DNA of 64,000 bases from an uncultured Spirochaetota bacterium (GTDB taxonomy: Bacteria; Spirochaetota; Brevinematia; Brevinematales; JAOACQ01), in contig CAVYGN010000002.1 of the NCBI GenBank assembly GCA_963768055.1, positions 928,001 to 992,000 of the forward strand. Direction: 5' to 3'. A program made the translations under genes and the position numbers. The notes under the pieces are model-generated. The model made no database searches and was not told the origin of the DNA. It saw only the letters and a program-made list of their open reading frames with translations. Shown here piece after piece: positions 1-11,774 of the stretch. Every line of letters starts with the position of its first letter. Within the stretch, counting starts at the first letter, position 1.

Positions 1-1
1 T

Positions 2-244
2 ATGGCATTATTGATTAATTGGATTTTTGCCGGTGTGACGGTTATTGTGGCTGTTATAATATTATTCTATAGAAGAGTTTTTGTAAGGGAAAGCTATCAG
101 GAACTGAAAAAAGTCACCTGGCCTACAAGGGAACTGGCGCTTAATTCATCCCTGGTGACTATAGGTTTTGTCGTCGGATTCTCACTGATGCTGGCTCTTC
201 TCGATTACATTGTAAATTTAGTCACAAAGGGTCTGGTTAGATAA
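2..244 (+). CDS. secE: Preprotein translocase subunit SecE (start may lie at or before the window edge)
   Basis: ELKKVTWP motif followed by a TM helix; directly upstream of nusG. Confidence 0.93.
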   Translation: MALLINWIFAGVTVIVAVIILFYRRVFVRESYQELKKVTWPTRELALNSSLVTIGFVVGFSLMLALLDYIVNLVTKGLVR

Positions 245-245
245 A

Positions 246-806
246 ATGGCAAGAGGATGGTTCGTTATCCAGGTCTACACCGGGTATGAAAAGAGGACAA
301 TGAATGATCTCATTGCTAAAAAGAATAACGGCTCTCTTAAAGATATTCTTATAGATGTAAGAGTGCCCGAGGAAGAGTACGTTGTAGAAAAGAAAAATAA
401 AAAGATAGTTAAAAAAAGAAATCTTTACCCCGGCTATATCCTTGCGGAACTTGATTTTCCTGATGACGATACCGCCTGGAAAAAGGTTTATTCCGAGATA
501 AGATCGGTTACCGGGGTGGGGATGTTTTTAACAGCGGGCGGAGGGAATAAAAAGCCGTCCCCGCTGGCTTACGAAGACGTTAAATCGATCTTCGAGAAAA
601 CCGGAGAGATAAAGCCTCATCTGGCAAAGCTGGAATCGGGATATTCAGTCGGGGAAAAAGTGAAGATAAATGCCGGCCCCTTCCGTGATTTTGAGGGAGA
701 GGTCCAGGAAATACATAACGATAAAAACAGTCTTACGGTCAGAGTGGAAATTTTCGGAAGGCTTACACCGGTGGAACTGGATTTTAGCCAGGTCCAGAGG
801 ATTTAA
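246..806 (+). CDS. nusG: Transcription termination/antitermination factor NusG
   Basis: WFVIQVYTGYE, LYPGYI, KOW motif GPFRDFEG, EIFGRLTPVELDFSQV. Confidence 0.98.
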   Translation: MARGWFVIQVYTGYEKRTMNDLIAKKNNGSLKDILIDVRVPEEEYVVEKKNKKIVKKRNLYPGYILAELDFPDDDTAWKKVYSEIRSVTGVGMFLTAGGGNKKPSPLAYEDVKSIFEKTGEIKPHLAKLESGYSVGEKVKINAGPFRDFEGEVQEIHNDKNSLTVRVEIFGRLTPVELDFSQVQRI

Positions 807-831
807 AACGGCCTTAAAAAGGAGATGTTAA

Positions 832-1266
832 ATGGCGCCTAAAACTAAAAAATTAAAAGCGGTTGTTAAGCTGCAGATACCGGCAGGACAGGCCAATCCG
901 GCCCCTCCGGTCGGAACGGCTCTAGGGCCGCATGGCATCCCTCTCATGGATTTTTGCAAGCAGTTCAACGAAGCTACTAAAGATAAAGCCGGGTTCGTGA
1001 TACCGGTTGTTTTAAATGTATATGAGGATAGGACTTTCACCTTTATTACCAAGACCCCCCCAGCCTCGAACTTGATTAAAAAGGAACTCGGCCTTGAAAA
1101 GGGTTCCTCAGAATCGAATAAACAGAAAGTCGGTAAAATTACCATGGATCAGCTGAAGAAAATCGCACAGATTAAGATGCAGGATTTAAACGCCAAGGAT
1201 ATTGACGCTGCGGCCCGGATTATAGGGGGAACTGCAAGGAATATGGGAATCGAGCTGGAGGGTTAG
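832..1266 (+). CDS. rplK: 50S ribosomal protein L11
   Basis: [33 protein letters not shown]. Confidence 0.99.
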   Translation: MAPKTKKLKAVVKLQIPAGQANPAPPVGTALGPHGIPLMDFCKQFNEATKDKAGFVIPVVLNVYEDRTFTFITKTPPASNLIKKELGLEKGSSESNKQKVGKITMDQLKKIAQIKMQDLNAKDIDAAARIIGGTARNMGIELEG

Positions 1267-1980
1267 ATGAAAAGATTGGTTAAGAACGGCGTAGAATTTA
1301 AGGGTGGAAAAAGATATCTTTCTTTAATAGAAAAAAACGATCTATTCAAGATGTACGGTTTTGATGAAGCATGCAAGATCGTCAAGGAAATTGCAACTGC
1401 GAAATTTGAAGAGTCGATAGATCTCAGCTATAAGCTCAATATCAAGCAGAAGCACACTATAAGGGACGTGGTTGTATTGCCCCATTCGATAGGGAAAGTC
1501 GTGCGGGTTCTCGTATTCGCAAGCGGAGAAAAAGCCCTCGAGGCCCAGCGGGCAGGAGCCGATTTTGTCGGAGGGGAAGAATTAGTCGAAAAGATAACCG
1601 GAGGATGGCTGGATTTTGACGCGGTTCTCGCCACACCCGATATGATGAAAAGTTTGGGTAAAATCGCTCCGATCCTCGGAAGGCGTAAGATGATGCCTAA
1701 TCCGAAAACCGGGACTGTGACCATGGATATTACAAGGGTTGTTAAAGAATCCAAGGCGGGCAAGGTCGAAATCAGGGCTGATAAAACCGGCAACGTTCAT
1801 GTGGTTGTCGGTAAGAAATCACTGACGGATCAGGACCTTTACGAAAACGCATTCGCGATCCACAAAGTCCTCATTAAAAATAAACCCGCTGACCTTAAAG
1901 GTGATTATATAAAAACAATGGCCCTGTCCCCTACCATGGGGCCGGCGGTAAAAGTTGATTTCAAAAAAATCGCCGTTTAG
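1267..1980 (+). CDS. rplA: 50S ribosomal protein L1
   Basis: [29 protein letters not shown]; follows rplK. Confidence 0.98.
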   Translation: MKRLVKNGVEFKGGKRYLSLIEKNDLFKMYGFDEACKIVKEIATAKFEESIDLSYKLNIKQKHTIRDVVVLPHSIGKVVRVLVFASGEKALEAQRAGADFVGGEELVEKITGGWLDFDAVLATPDMMKSLGKIAPILGRRKMMPNPKTGTVTMDITRVVKESKAGKVEIRADKTGNVHVVVGKKSLTDQDLYENAFAIHKVLIKNKPADLKGDYIKTMALSPTMGPAVKVDFKKIAV

Positions 1981-2026
1981 AAGCCAAACTAAGGATATAT
2001 TCTAAAAATTGATAAGGATGGTATAT

Positions 2027-2545
2027 ATGCCAAGTCCGGAAAAAATTAATTTTGTCAAAGAAATAAAAGAGGATTTCAATGGTATAGATGGTATTGTCCT
2101 GGCCGATTTTAAAGGGCTCTCCGTTCTTGAGCAGGACGAATTGAGAAGGAAAGTGGATAAAGAAGGCGGCCAGGCCAGGGTTATAAAGAACAGGCTTTTG
2201 ATAAAGGCCCTTGAGGGATCGAAAATCGACGGCCTGAATGCATTTTTAAAAAATAATACCATAGTTTTTACCTCGAAAAACGATATTTTGGGACTTCTAA
2301 AAGTAATTTCCGCGTTTTCAAAAAATCATGAAAAATTTGTCCTGAAGGGCGGCTTTCTTGACGGAAGATCTTTTGACAGGGAAGGAATTATGGTTATGGC
2401 CCAGCTTCCTTCGCGAAAGGAACTTCTGGCCCAGATTGCCGGCGGGCTGAATTCCATGATCGGGAATTTTGTCGGCGTGTTAAATGGCATTATGACAAAA
2501 TTCATAGGCACGATAGAAGCTATTGAAAAGAAAAAAAGCGAATAA
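2027..2545 (+). CDS. rplJ: 50S ribosomal protein L10 (start moved to ATG 2027; ORF track starts at 2009)
   Basis: ADFKGL, LRRK, VIKNRL, LPSRKELLAQ; lies between rplA and rplL. Confidence 0.96.
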   Translation: MPSPEKINFVKEIKEDFNGIDGIVLADFKGLSVLEQDELRRKVDKEGGQARVIKNRLLIKALEGSKIDGLNAFLKNNTIVFTSKNDILGLLKVISAFSKNHEKFVLKGGFLDGRSFDREGIMVMAQLPSRKELLAQIAGGLNSMIGNFVGVLNGIMTKFIGTIEAIEKKKSE

Positions 2546-2573
2546 CAAATAAAATAAGATAAGGAGTAATAAC

Positions 2574-2963
2574 ATGGCTGAAAATAAGATCCAGGAAGTA
2601 ATCGATCTGATTTCAAACATGACGGTAGTGGAACTGAATGAGCTCAGAAAAACAATGGAAGAAAAATTTGATGTTAAGGCTGCGGCCCCGGTTGCATTTG
2701 CAGCACCGGTCGCCGGCGGAGCCTCGGCTGCTGCCGTGGCTGAAGAAGCATCGACATTTTCAGTGTTCATAAAAGATCCGGGAGCTAAGAAGATCGAAGT
2801 TATTAAAGTGGTTAGAAATATTACCGGCCTTGCCTTAAAGGAAGCGAAGGAACTTGCGGAAAATGCCGGGAAGGCGCCTTTAAAGGAAAACCTTTCCAAG
2901 GCTGACGCGGAAAAGCTCAAAAAAGAGCTTGAGGATGCCGGAGCTGTTGTTGAACTTAAGTAA
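2574..2963 (+). CDS. rplL: 50S ribosomal protein L7/L12
   Basis: Ala-rich hinge, [30 protein letters not shown]. Confidence 0.99.
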   Translation: MAENKIQEVIDLISNMTVVELNELRKTMEEKFDVKAAAPVAFAAPVAGGASAAAVAEEASTFSVFIKDPGAKKIEVIKVVRNITGLALKEAKELAENAGKAPLKENLSKADAEKLKKELEDAGAVVELK

Positions 2964-3022
2964 AAAAATATCTTTTCTAATATTGTATCATATCCTTTGT
3001 ATTATATGTGGTGTTGTTCACT

Positions 3023-3057
3023 CTTCCCCTTCGCTTAAAGAAGGGGAAGTCGTTTTT
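3023..3057 (+). terminator. Hairpin, putative attenuator between rplL and rpoB
   Basis: 10-bp stem CTTCCCCTTC / GAAGGGGAAG with 7-nt loop, then TCGTTTTT; same position as the rplL-rpoB attenuator in E. coli. Confidence 0.6.
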
Positions 3058-3086
3058 ATCCAATAAATAAATCGGGGGATTTTAAT

Positions 3087-6000
3087 ATGATAACGAGCCA
3101 GGAAAGGATTTCTTTCGCGAAAAATAAAGACAGGGCCCCTCTTCCTGATTTACTGGATATTCAGCTTCGCTCATTTAAAGATTTTTTGCAGATAGATAAA
3201 AAGCCGAATGAAAGGGAAAAAAAGGGCCTGCAATATGTATTCAGCAACTTTTTCCCGATTGAGGGTGCGAATGGCGAAATAATCATTGAATATGTCGGTT
3301 ACGATGTAGGAAACTTCAAATACACGGAAGATGAATGTTTCGATAAAAATCTGACATACAGCGTACCTGTAAAGGCCATTTTTCGCCTGATCGACCGTAA
3401 GACAGGGGAAATTAAGGAAAAGGACATATACATCGGCGACTTTCCCTTGATGACCAAACGGGGGACTTTTATTTTTAACGGCGCCGAAAGGGTCGTCGTA
3501 AATCAGATATATAAATCTCCCGGTGTGCTTTTCAGTTATAAAAACAAAGAATATTCTTCTAAAATTGTCCCGGAAAAAGGGTCCTGGCTGGAATTCATAA
3601 TCGATACCAAGAAGGACCTTATGTATGTCCGCATCGATTCGAGGAGAAAAGTTCTTGTTACGATGTTCCTTCGGGCGCTTGAATTAAGCACTTCGGACAT
3701 TATCAATGCATTCTTCAAGATAAGGAAAATCGACCTCTCGCGTATAGAGAAAGACGAGGCGATAACCCGGCTTGTCGGCAGATATGTCGCTGAAGACGTT
3801 CTGGACGATGAAAATAATATAATAGTCGGCGCCATTGAAAAATTATTCCCCAACAGCATCAACCAGCTTTACCAGAAAGGAAAAACAATTATTAAAATAA
3901 TTGACCCGAAATCCGTGGTTGAGAACAGGCCCCTTATAAACACGCTGGAAAAAGACGACACGAAAGACGCGGTCAATAAAGCCATTAAAAAAATATACAG
4001 TATTCTTCATCCGGGCGAAGCCGCGCCTCTGGAAAGCATCGTCAGGGAACTCCACAATATGTTCTTCGGTCCCAAAATGTATGACCTGGGAGAGGTCGGC
4101 AGGTACAAACTGGTATTAAAACTCTACCCTGAATTGAACCAGGATGAAAAAAGGGCCCTGATAGAACAGAGGACCCTTTCATATGAGGATATCAACAGGA
4201 CATTACAGCACCTGATCAAGGTTTATAATAAACAGACTAGCCTGGACGATGTCGACCATCTGGGAAACAGGAGGGTTAGAAATGTTAACGAACTCCTGGT
4301 CAACCAGCTTGTTTCAGCCTTTACAAAGGTGGAAAAATCCATCCATGAAAAGCTTTCGTCGCGGGAAATTGAAGATCTGACTCCGCAAAGCATCATAGCT
4401 ATCAAACCTATCGTATCCGCTTTGAATGATTTCTTTGGAATGAGCCAGCTTTCTCAGTTTATGGACCAGACGAATCCGATTTCCGAGCTGACGCATAAGA
4501 GAAGGCTTTCGGCGTTAGGGCCCGGCGGTCTTTCCAGGGACAGAGCCGGATTTGAGGTCCGTGACGTTCATAATACCCATTACGGAAGGGTCTGCCCGAT
4601 TGAAACCCCTGAAGGGCCGAATATCGGACTGATAGTTTCTCTTGCGACTTACGCGAATGTCAATTCTTACGGTTTTTTGGAAACCCCGTATGTAGTAATT
4701 AAAAACAGAAAAGTTACTGATGAGATCAAGTATCTTTCAGCTACTGAAGAAGAAAATTATTATATTGCGCAGGCAAATGCAAAATTAAGCCCGGCGGGCG
4801 ATATTCTTGAAGATTTCGTTCAGGCAAGATTCAGGGTTGAATTTGAATTGGCACCCAGCGATAAGATCCAGTTAATGGATGTGTCGCCCAAACAGATATT
4901 GTCCGTTTCGGCATCAATAATACCGTTCATCGAACATGACGATGCGAACCGGGCCCTTATGGGATCTAACATGCAGCGGCAGGCTGTTCCGCTTCTCTCT
5001 TCAGACGCACCGATTGTCGGTACCGGTATGGAATATTATGTGGCAAGGGATTCGAGGGCGGTCGTGCTCAGTGAAGAAGCAGGGAAAATAGTTAAAGTCG
5101 ATTCGGAAAGCATCATACTGCAGGATTCGTCCAAAACACTTCATAATTATAATCTGGTTAAGTTTAGAAGAACAAATCAGGATACAAGCTTCAATCAAAA
5201 ACCGATAGTTAATGAGGGCGATGTTATAAAAAAGGGAGACGTTCTTGCAGACGGTTTCGCAAGCGAGGGCGGGGAGCTTGCTCTCGGCAAAAACATCCTT
5301 GTGGCTTTTATGCCCTGGAATGGATACAATTATGAAGACGCCGTACTGATCAGCGAAAAACTGCTGAAAAACGACGACTTCACATCCGTATATACCACTG
5401 TCTTTGAATGTAAAGCGCTGGAAACTAAACTTGGCAGTGAAGAGATCACCAACGAGATACCCAATGTAGGGGAAGACGCGATAAGGAACCTTGATGAGAA
5501 CGGAATTATCAGGGTTGGGGCTTATGTAAAACCGGGGGATATCCTCGTGGGGAAAGTCACTCCCAAGGGTGAACCCACTGAAACACCAGAATTCAGGCTG
5601 CTTCATGCAATTTTCGGTGAGAAAGCCAAAGACGTGCGCGATACTTCGCTTCGGGTACCTCATGGCGAAGGCGGCGTTGTTGTCGATGTCAAGGTGTTCA
5701 GTTCAGAAAACGGAGACGAGCTTGCCCCGGGTGTGTTAAAACTTGTAAAAGTATATATGGCAAAAAAAAGAAAAATTAAACCGGGCGATAAGATCGCTGG
5801 CAGGCATGGCAATAAAGGCGTTATATCCCGTGTGCTGGCTGAAGAGGATATGCCTTTCATGCCCGACGGAACGCCGGTAGATATAGTGCTTAACCCGCTA
5901 GGGGTCCCGAGCCGTATGAATATCGGCCAGCTTTTCGACAGCCTTCTCGGCCTGGCTGGATGGAAACTCGGCATTAAATATGAATGCCCGGTATTCGAAG

Positions 6001-6617
6001 GCGCTACCCTCGAAGAAATAGAAGAACAGCTCAAGATCGCCAATGTAAAAATTCAAAAGGAACTTCTGGCTGAAAGAAAGAATTACGGCGATTCCGAAAA
6101 GGAAGTAAACCGCTATTTCGAAAGGATCAAACTCCAGACAGACGGTAAATTTTCATTAAGAGATGGAAAATCCGGCGAGATCTTTGAGAAGCCTGTATTT
6201 GTAGGCGTTATGTATATTATGAAGCTTCATCACATGGTTGACGACAAGATCCATGCCCGCTCTGTCGGTCCTTATTCTCTTGTTACCCAGCAACCTTTGC
6301 GCGGCAAGGCAAATTTCGGGGGCCAGAGACTTGGAGAGATGGAGGTTTGGGCTCTGGAGGCTTATGGAGCGGCCAATCTTTTGCAGGAGATGATGACGAT
6401 CAAATCTGACGATACAGACGGAAGAGTAAGAATATACGAGGGAGTGATCAAGGGTAAATACACCTCCTCGCCGGGCATACCGGAATCTTTCAATGTTCTG
6501 GTTCAGGAACTGAGGGGTCTTGCGCTTGATATACAGGTTTACGATAAAAATGGAAAGCGCGTTCCCTTGAACGATAAAGAAAAAGAACTGATTGATATGA
6601 AAGTTCATCTCATATAA
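3087..6617 (+). CDS. rpoB: DNA-directed RNA polymerase subunit beta
   Basis: SQLSQFMDQTN, HYGRVCPIETPEGPNIG, GDKIAGRHGNKG, GGQRLGEMEVWALEAYGA. Confidence 0.99.
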   Translation: MITSQERISFAKNKDRAPLPDLLDIQLRSFKDFLQIDKKPNEREKKGLQYVFSNFFPIEGANGEIIIEYVGYDVGNFKYTEDECFDKNLTYSVPVKAIFRLIDRKTGEIKEKDIYIGDFPLMTKRGTFIFNGAERVVVNQIYKSPGVLFSYKNKEYSSKIVPEKGSWLEFIIDTKKDLMYVRIDSRRKVLVTMFLRALELSTSDIINAFFKIRKIDLSRIEKDEAITRLVGRYVAEDVLDDENNIIVGAIEKLFPNSINQLYQKGKTIIKIIDPKSVVENRPLINTLEKDDTKDAVNKAIKKIYSILHPGEAAPLESIVRELHNMFFGPKMYDLGEVGRYKLVLKLYPELNQDEKRALIEQRTLSYEDINRTLQHLIKVYNKQTSLDDVDHLGNRRVRNVNELLVNQLVSAFTKVEKSIHEKLSSREIEDLTPQSIIAIKPIVSALNDFFGMSQLSQFMDQTNPISELTHKRRLSALGPGGLSRDRAGFEVRDVHNTHYGRVCPIETPEGPNIGLIVSLATYANVNSYGFLETPYVVIKNRKVTDEIKYLSATEEENYYIAQANAKLSPAGDILEDFVQARFRVEFELAPSDKIQLMDVSPKQILSVSASIIPFIEHDDANRALMGSNMQRQAVPLLSSDAPIVGTGMEYYVARDSRAVVLSEEAGKIVKVDSESIILQDSSKTLHNYNLVKFRRTNQDTSFNQKPIVNEGDVIKKGDVLADGFASEGGELALGKNILVAFMPWNGYNYEDAVLISEKLLKNDDFTSVYTTVFECKALETKLGSEEITNEIPNVGEDAIRNLDENGIIRVGAYVKPGDILVGKVTPKGEPTETPEFRLLHAIFGEKAKDVRDTSLRVPHGEGGVVVDVKVFSSENGDELAPGVLKLVKVYMAKKRKIKPGDKIAGRHGNKGVISRVLAEEDMPFMPDGTPVDIVLNPLGVPSRMNIGQLFDSLLGLAGWKLGIKYECPVFEGATLEEIEEQLKIANVKIQKELLAERKNYGDSEKEVNRYFERIKLQTDGKFSLRDGKSGEIFEKPVFVGVMYIMKLHHMVDDKIHARSVGPYSLVTQQPLRGKANFGGQRLGEMEVWALEAYGAANLLQEMMTIKSDDTDGRVRIYEGVIKGKYTSSPGIPESFNVLVQELRGLALDIQVYDKNGKRVPLNDKEKELIDMKVHLI

Positions 6618-6641
6618 GCGTAGAATTAAAGGAGATAAACA

Positions 6642-9600
6642 ATGAAGGGTTCGACAAGTTTCGGAGCGATATCAATTCAGCTTGCATCTTCAGAACTCAT
6701 AAAAAGTCTCTCATACGGCGAGGTTAAAAAGCCGGAAACTATCAATTATAGAACGCTTCGCCCCGAAAGGGACGGACTTTTCTGTGAAAGAATATTCGGG
6801 CCTACGAAGGATTATGAATGTTCCTGCGGAAAATTCCGTTCGATCAGGTATAAAGGGATAGTTTGCGATAAATGCGGAGTTGAAGTAACCGAAGCTAAAG
6901 TCAGGAGATACAGAACAGGCCATATCGAACTTGCGGCGCCTGTAGCTCATATCTGGTATTACAGGATTGTACCCAGCAAGATCGCCCTTCTCCTGGATGT
7001 TGCACCCACTGATATTCAGAGTATTCTTTATTTTGAAAAATATATCGTAATAGATCCGGGCGAAACCGACCTCATCCAAAACCAGGTCCTCACCGACGAA
7101 GAGTTCGAGGAATATAAAGAAAAGTATAAAGAAGCCTTTACAGCCGATACCGGCGCTATCGCGGTAAAAAAGATCCTGAAAAACCTCGATCTTGATGTTC
7201 TTATCGATATGCTGCGCAACCAGGTCGATTCAAAGCTTAAGGTTGATAAAAAGGTTCTGAAAAGGCTCGAACTTGCTGAGGAGATCAGGAAATCCAACAA
7301 TAAACCCGAATGGGTAATACTCGATGTCATACCAGTAATACCTCCTGATCTGAGGCCTATGGTCCCGCTTGACGGAGGCAGATTTGCCACATCCGATATT
7401 AACGATCTATATAGAAGACTGATCAACAGAAATAACAGACTGAGAAAACTTAAATCGGTTAATGCTCCGGATATCATTATTAAAAATGAAATGAGAATGG
7501 TGCAGGACGCGGTTGATTCACTATTTGACAACTCGAGGCGCTCTCACCCGGTAACAGGAAACGGCGACAGGCCGCTAAAATCTTTATCGGATATTTTAAA
7601 AGGGAAACAGGGCCGCTTCAGGCAGAACCTGCTCGGTAAGCGAGTTGATTATTCAGGCAGATCCGTAATTATAGTAGGGCCGAATTTAAAACTGCATCAA
7701 TGCGGCCTTCCCAAATTAATGGCGCTTGAACTCTTCAAGCCATTTGTAATGAGGGGGCTTGTGGAACAGGGTTATGCTCATAACATCAAGGCCGCTAAAA
7801 GAATGATAGAAACTGAGCATGAATTGGTTTGGGGAATACTCGAGAATGTCGTAAAGGGGCATCCTGTATTATTAAACCGTGCTCCAACCCTTCATCGTCT
7901 GGGTATCCAGGCCTTTGAGCCGATACTTATCGAAGAAAAAGCCATACAGCTTCACCCGCTGGTCTGCCATGCTTATAACGCCGACTTTGACGGAGACCAG
8001 ATGGCAGTACATGTGCCCCTTACTCCGGAAGCTCAGATCGAGGCGTGGATGCTGATGCTTTCTTCAAGAAATCTCCTTAACCCGGCTAATGGAAAACCTA
8101 TAGTTTACCCGACTCAGGACATGGTCCTCGGGATTTACTTCCTGACTAAAATCGACAATAACTCCTCATCGGAGAAAAAATATTTTGATAATCTGGATGA
8201 AATATTCCTGGCGATCGAGATGAAAAAAGCCCATTATAACCAGAAAATAAAATATAAATTTAAGGGTAAATGGATTGAAACTTCTTTCGGAAGGGTTATA
8301 TTCAATGAAATAATTCCGGAAAAGATGGATTTCATAAACGATACTCTGACCAGCAAGAAAATTGAGACATTGATCGCAAACTGCTACAAAACATACGGCA
8401 TAAAAGAGACCGCCCAGCTTGTCGACAATCTTAAAACCCTCGGGTTTAAGTACTCGACAATTTACGGAGTGACAATCTCTGTTTCAGATGTCGAAATCCC
8501 CGAAGAAAAATACAGTATAGTGGAAAAAACGGAGAAAGAGGTTGAAAATACCGAGGATAACGCAAGGAAAGGCCTCATCACCCATGATGAAAAATATAAC
8601 CAGGTGATCGACCTTTGGGCAAGCGCGAATGAAAAGGTCAAAAAGCTGGTGGAAGGGAAGCTCAAAGAAAGTGAGGGCGGGTTCAATTCTCTCTACGCCA
8701 TGATGGATTCGGGTGCAAGAGGCTCGAGGGAACAGATACGCCAGCTTGCCGGAATGAGAGGTTTGATGGCGAAACCGTCAGGAGAAATTATAGAACTCGC
8801 AATCAAATCCAATTTTAAAGAGGGCCTGTCAGTGCTTGAATATTTCATCTCAAGCCATGGCGCAAGAAAGGGCCTTGCCGATACGGCGCTTAAAACCGCC
8901 GACGCAGGTTATCTTACAAGAAAGCTTGTCGACATCTCGCACGACGTAGTTGTGACAGAGGTTGACTGCGGGACCGTAAAAGGGATTGACATATCTTCCA
9001 TTAAAGAGGGAGATGAAGTTATAAAACCGCTCAAGGAGAGGATCCTGGGCCAGGTCGTTGTTTCGAATATATACGACCCTAGAAACGGGGAGCTTCTTGT
9101 TTCGGCCAACGATCTTCTCGATGAAGCTAAAACAAAACGTATCGAGGATGCCGGCATCGAAACTGTAAAGATCCGAAGCGTGCTTACCTGCGAATCGAAC
9201 CATGGTGTTTGTGCAAGCTGTTACGGATGGGATCTTTCCGCCCGTTCGCGTGTAAATATCGGTGAGGCTGTCGGGATCATTGCCGCCGAATCGATAGGAC
9301 AACCGGGAACCCAGCTTACCATGAGAACCTTCCATATCGGCGGAACCGCCGCGACACAGCTTGAGGAAAGCGAACTTAAATTGAATTATGACGCTTACCT
9401 GGTTGAACTACCTGAAAATCTGATATCAAAGGAAGTCGAAGGAAAGGAGAAGGTCATAGTTCCCAGGAAGTCTTATGTAAAAGTAAGGAAGATACTCAGC
9501 ACTTATAGTAAGACTGATATAAAAGAGGATAAAAAAGAACTCTTAGCCCTTAACGGTAAAGAGTTCTTAAGTGAAAAAACCGTATTCAGCTTATCGGACG

Positions 9601-10727
9601 GCACCGAAGTGAAGTTCGGGAAAAAGGTATTCGTCCTGGTCGAGGGAAAGGATGTCCTGATCCTTGAAAGCAGTATCAATGAGTATCCTGTCAAGATCGG
9701 CTCTTTCATATATGTAAAGAGAGGGCAGATCGTGAAAAAGGGAGAGAAGATAGCGGATTTCGACCCCTATAACGAGGTTTTCATCAGCGAGCATGACGGT
9801 ATTGTAGGTTTTGCGATTGAAAAAAGCGAGGGCGAAGAACAGAAGAATAAAAATATACTTGTGATTTATAATGATAAAAATAAAGAAATGGAAAGGTTTG
9901 TCCTTGTTCATGGAACTTCGTTAGCAGTTCCCGAAGGCGAAAAAGTCCAGCGGGGCGATATAGTGGCCAGAAGACCCGTGGCTAAAAGAAGGACCAGAGA
10001 TATTATCGGCGGTTTACCCAGGGTAACAGAATTATTCGAATCGAGAAAGCCGAAAAACATTGCTGTTATTGCGAAAGTAAATGGTTCTGTTGAGAATATC
10101 GAGCAGAAAAAAGGGAAATATATTATATGGATAAAAGGCAATAACGGCCTCCTGTTTTCTCATATTGTCCCTACAGGGAAAAATATATTCGTAAGGATCG
10201 GAGACAAGGTTCAGGCAGGCGAATCTCTTTGCGACGGTGTAGTGAGTTCACATGACATTCTGAAAGTTTTAGGTTATACGAAAGTAAACGAGTTTCTGCT
10301 AAACGAGATACAATCGGTTTACCGTTTACAGGGTGTTGATATCAATGAAAAACATATAAGCGTCATAATCCGGCAGATGCTGAAAAAAGTTGAAGTCGTG
10401 AATCCCGGCGATACGGAATTTATTACCGGACAGAATATAGACAAGAGTAAATTTTATAAGGAAAATGAGAAAATAAAGAGCCAGGGAGGACAAGCTGCAA
10501 AAGCAAGGCCGATCCTGATGGGCCTTACAAAGGCGTCTTTATTTACTGAAAGCTTCCTATCCGCTGCTTCATTCCAGGAGACCCCCAGGGTATTGTCGAG
10601 CGCCGCTTTGAAAAGCGCTAAAGACAAACTTGAGGGCCTTAAGGAAAACCTGGTAATAGGCCAGCTTATTCCTGCTGGAACGGGGATTAAGGATTATCAG
10701 TTTATCAAGGTGAAAAACCTGGAGTAA
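6642..10727 (+). CDS. rpoC: DNA-directed RNA polymerase subunit beta'
   Basis: Zn-binding cysteines, catalytic [28 protein letters not shown]. Confidence 0.99.
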   Translation: MKGSTSFGAISIQLASSELIKSLSYGEVKKPETINYRTLRPERDGLFCERIFGPTKDYECSCGKFRSIRYKGIVCDKCGVEVTEAKVRRYRTGHIELAAPVAHIWYYRIVPSKIALLLDVAPTDIQSILYFEKYIVIDPGETDLIQNQVLTDEEFEEYKEKYKEAFTADTGAIAVKKILKNLDLDVLIDMLRNQVDSKLKVDKKVLKRLELAEEIRKSNNKPEWVILDVIPVIPPDLRPMVPLDGGRFATSDINDLYRRLINRNNRLRKLKSVNAPDIIIKNEMRMVQDAVDSLFDNSRRSHPVTGNGDRPLKSLSDILKGKQGRFRQNLLGKRVDYSGRSVIIVGPNLKLHQCGLPKLMALELFKPFVMRGLVEQGYAHNIKAAKRMIETEHELVWGILENVVKGHPVLLNRAPTLHRLGIQAFEPILIEEKAIQLHPLVCHAYNADFDGDQMAVHVPLTPEAQIEAWMLMLSSRNLLNPANGKPIVYPTQDMVLGIYFLTKIDNNSSSEKKYFDNLDEIFLAIEMKKAHYNQKIKYKFKGKWIETSFGRVIFNEIIPEKMDFINDTLTSKKIETLIANCYKTYGIKETAQLVDNLKTLGFKYSTIYGVTISVSDVEIPEEKYSIVEKTEKEVENTEDNARKGLITHDEKYNQVIDLWASANEKVKKLVEGKLKESEGGFNSLYAMMDSGARGSREQIRQLAGMRGLMAKPSGEIIELAIKSNFKEGLSVLEYFISSHGARKGLADTALKTADAGYLTRKLVDISHDVVVTEVDCGTVKGIDISSIKEGDEVIKPLKERILGQVVVSNIYDPRNGELLVSANDLLDEAKTKRIEDAGIETVKIRSVLTCESNHGVCASCYGWDLSARSRVNIGEAVGIIAAESIGQPGTQLTMRTFHIGGTAATQLEESELKLNYDAYLVELPENLISKEVEGKEKVIVPRKSYVKVRKILSTYSKTDIKEDKKELLALNGKEFLSEKTVFSLSDGTEVKFGKKVFVLVEGKDVLILESSINEYPVKIGSFIYVKRGQIVKKGEKIADFDPYNEVFISEHDGIVGFAIEKSEGEEQKNKNILVIYNDKNKEMERFVLVHGTSLAVPEGEKVQRGDIVARRPVAKRRTRDIIGGLPRVTELFESRKPKNIAVIAKVNGSVENIEQKKGKYIIWIKGNNGLLFSHIVPTGKNIFVRIGDKVQAGESLCDGVVSSHDILKVLGYTKVNEFLLNEIQSVYRLQGVDINEKHISVIIRQMLKKVEVVNPGDTEFITGQNIDKSKFYKENEKIKSQGGQAAKARPILMGLTKASLFTESFLSAASFQETPRVLSSAALKSAKDKLEGLKENLVIGQLIPAGTGIKDYQFIKVKNLE

Positions 10728-10825
10728 GGCCAACCTTTTTTTCTCTTATATTTAACTCAAGAATTTGTCAAAATATCGGTGGATAAATAAGGGGAGAACC
10801 AGCCTCTGCGAAAAACCGTAAAAAT

Positions 10826-10854
10826 TTGACAGGAAAAGGCATGTTTATTATAAT
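10826..10854 (+). promoter_or_regulatory. Sigma70 promoter of the str/S10/spc/alpha transcript
   Basis: TTGACA (10826-31), 17 nt, TATAAT (10849-54): perfect consensus upstream of rpsL. Confidence 0.85.
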
Positions 10855-10896
10855 ATGTCCCTTGTCCTAATACTTATAAAGAAGGGGTTATACGTT

Positions 10897-11271
10897 ATGC
10901 CCACAATAAATCAGCTGGTTAGAAAAGGCAGAAAGTCTGTCCTTTCTAAGAGCAAGTCACCGGCCCTTCAGCAGAACCCTCAGAAGAGGGGAGTTTGCGT
11001 GAGGGTTACTACTATGACGCCCAAGAAACCTAACTCCGCTTTGAGAAAAATAGCGAGGGTGAGGCTTGTTCAGGGATTGGAAGTCACCGCTTACATACCC
11101 GGGATCGGGCATAATCTTCAGGAACACTCTGTTGTATTGATCAGGGGAGGAAGAGTAAAGGACCTTCCCGGAGTAAGGTATCATATCATCAGAGGGACTC
11201 TTGACTCAATGGGTGTAGAAAAGAGAAAAACCAGCCGCTCCAAATACGGAGCCAAAAAAGCTAAAGCTTAA
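10897..11271 (+). CDS. rpsL: 30S ribosomal protein S12 (start at MPTINQL)
   Basis: [33 protein letters not shown]. Confidence 0.99.
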   Translation: MPTINQLVRKGRKSVLSKSKSPALQQNPQKRGVCVRVTTMTPKKPNSALRKIARVRLVQGLEVTAYIPGIGHNLQEHSVVLIRGGRVKDLPGVRYHIIRGTLDSMGVEKRKTSRSKYGAKKAKA

Positions 11272-11285
11272 GAGGATGGGAAGCG

Positions 11286-11756
11286 ATGCCTAGAAAAAAA
11301 AGAGTATATGGAAAAAGGATTATAGTAGATAGCAAATATAAGAATATGATGGTAATGAAATTGATAAACCGCATGATGCTTGACGGAAAGAAAACCACTT
11401 CAGCGGGCATTGTTTACGGCGCTATTGATTACCTGGCCGAAAAAACGGGTGAGGAAGGAATCGCGGCTTTCGACAAGGCCTTAGCCAATATCAAGCCGCC
11501 GGTTGAAGTCAGATCCAGAAGGGTGGGGGGAGCGACTTATCAGGTGCCGACGGAAGTAAGGCCCGAACGTCAAAATTCTCTTACCCTGAGATGGCTTGTA
11601 AACCTTTCGAGAGAAAGAAAAGAACATTCAATGATAGAAAAACTCGGCAGGGAACTTCTGGACGCTTTCAATAATACAGGTTCCTGTGTTAAGAAAAAAA
11701 TGGACACGATAAAGATGGCGGAAGCCAATAAGGCATTCGCACATTATAAGTGGTAA
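11286..11756 (+). CDS. rpsG: 30S ribosomal protein S7
   Basis: VEVRSRRVGGATYQVP, MAEANKAFAHY. Confidence 0.99.
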   Translation: MPRKKRVYGKRIIVDSKYKNMMVMKLINRMMLDGKKTTSAGIVYGAIDYLAEKTGEEGIAAFDKALANIKPPVEVRSRRVGGATYQVPTEVRPERQNSLTLRWLVNLSRERKEHSMIEKLGRELLDAFNNTGSCVKKKMDTIKMAEANKAFAHYKW

Positions 11757-11774
11757 TAGGAGACTTGTGAGACT

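Noticed and set aside
1981..2026. L10 leader RNA upstream of rplJ
   Set aside because: The gap is under 50 nt and shows no stem-loop; too short for the known leader.
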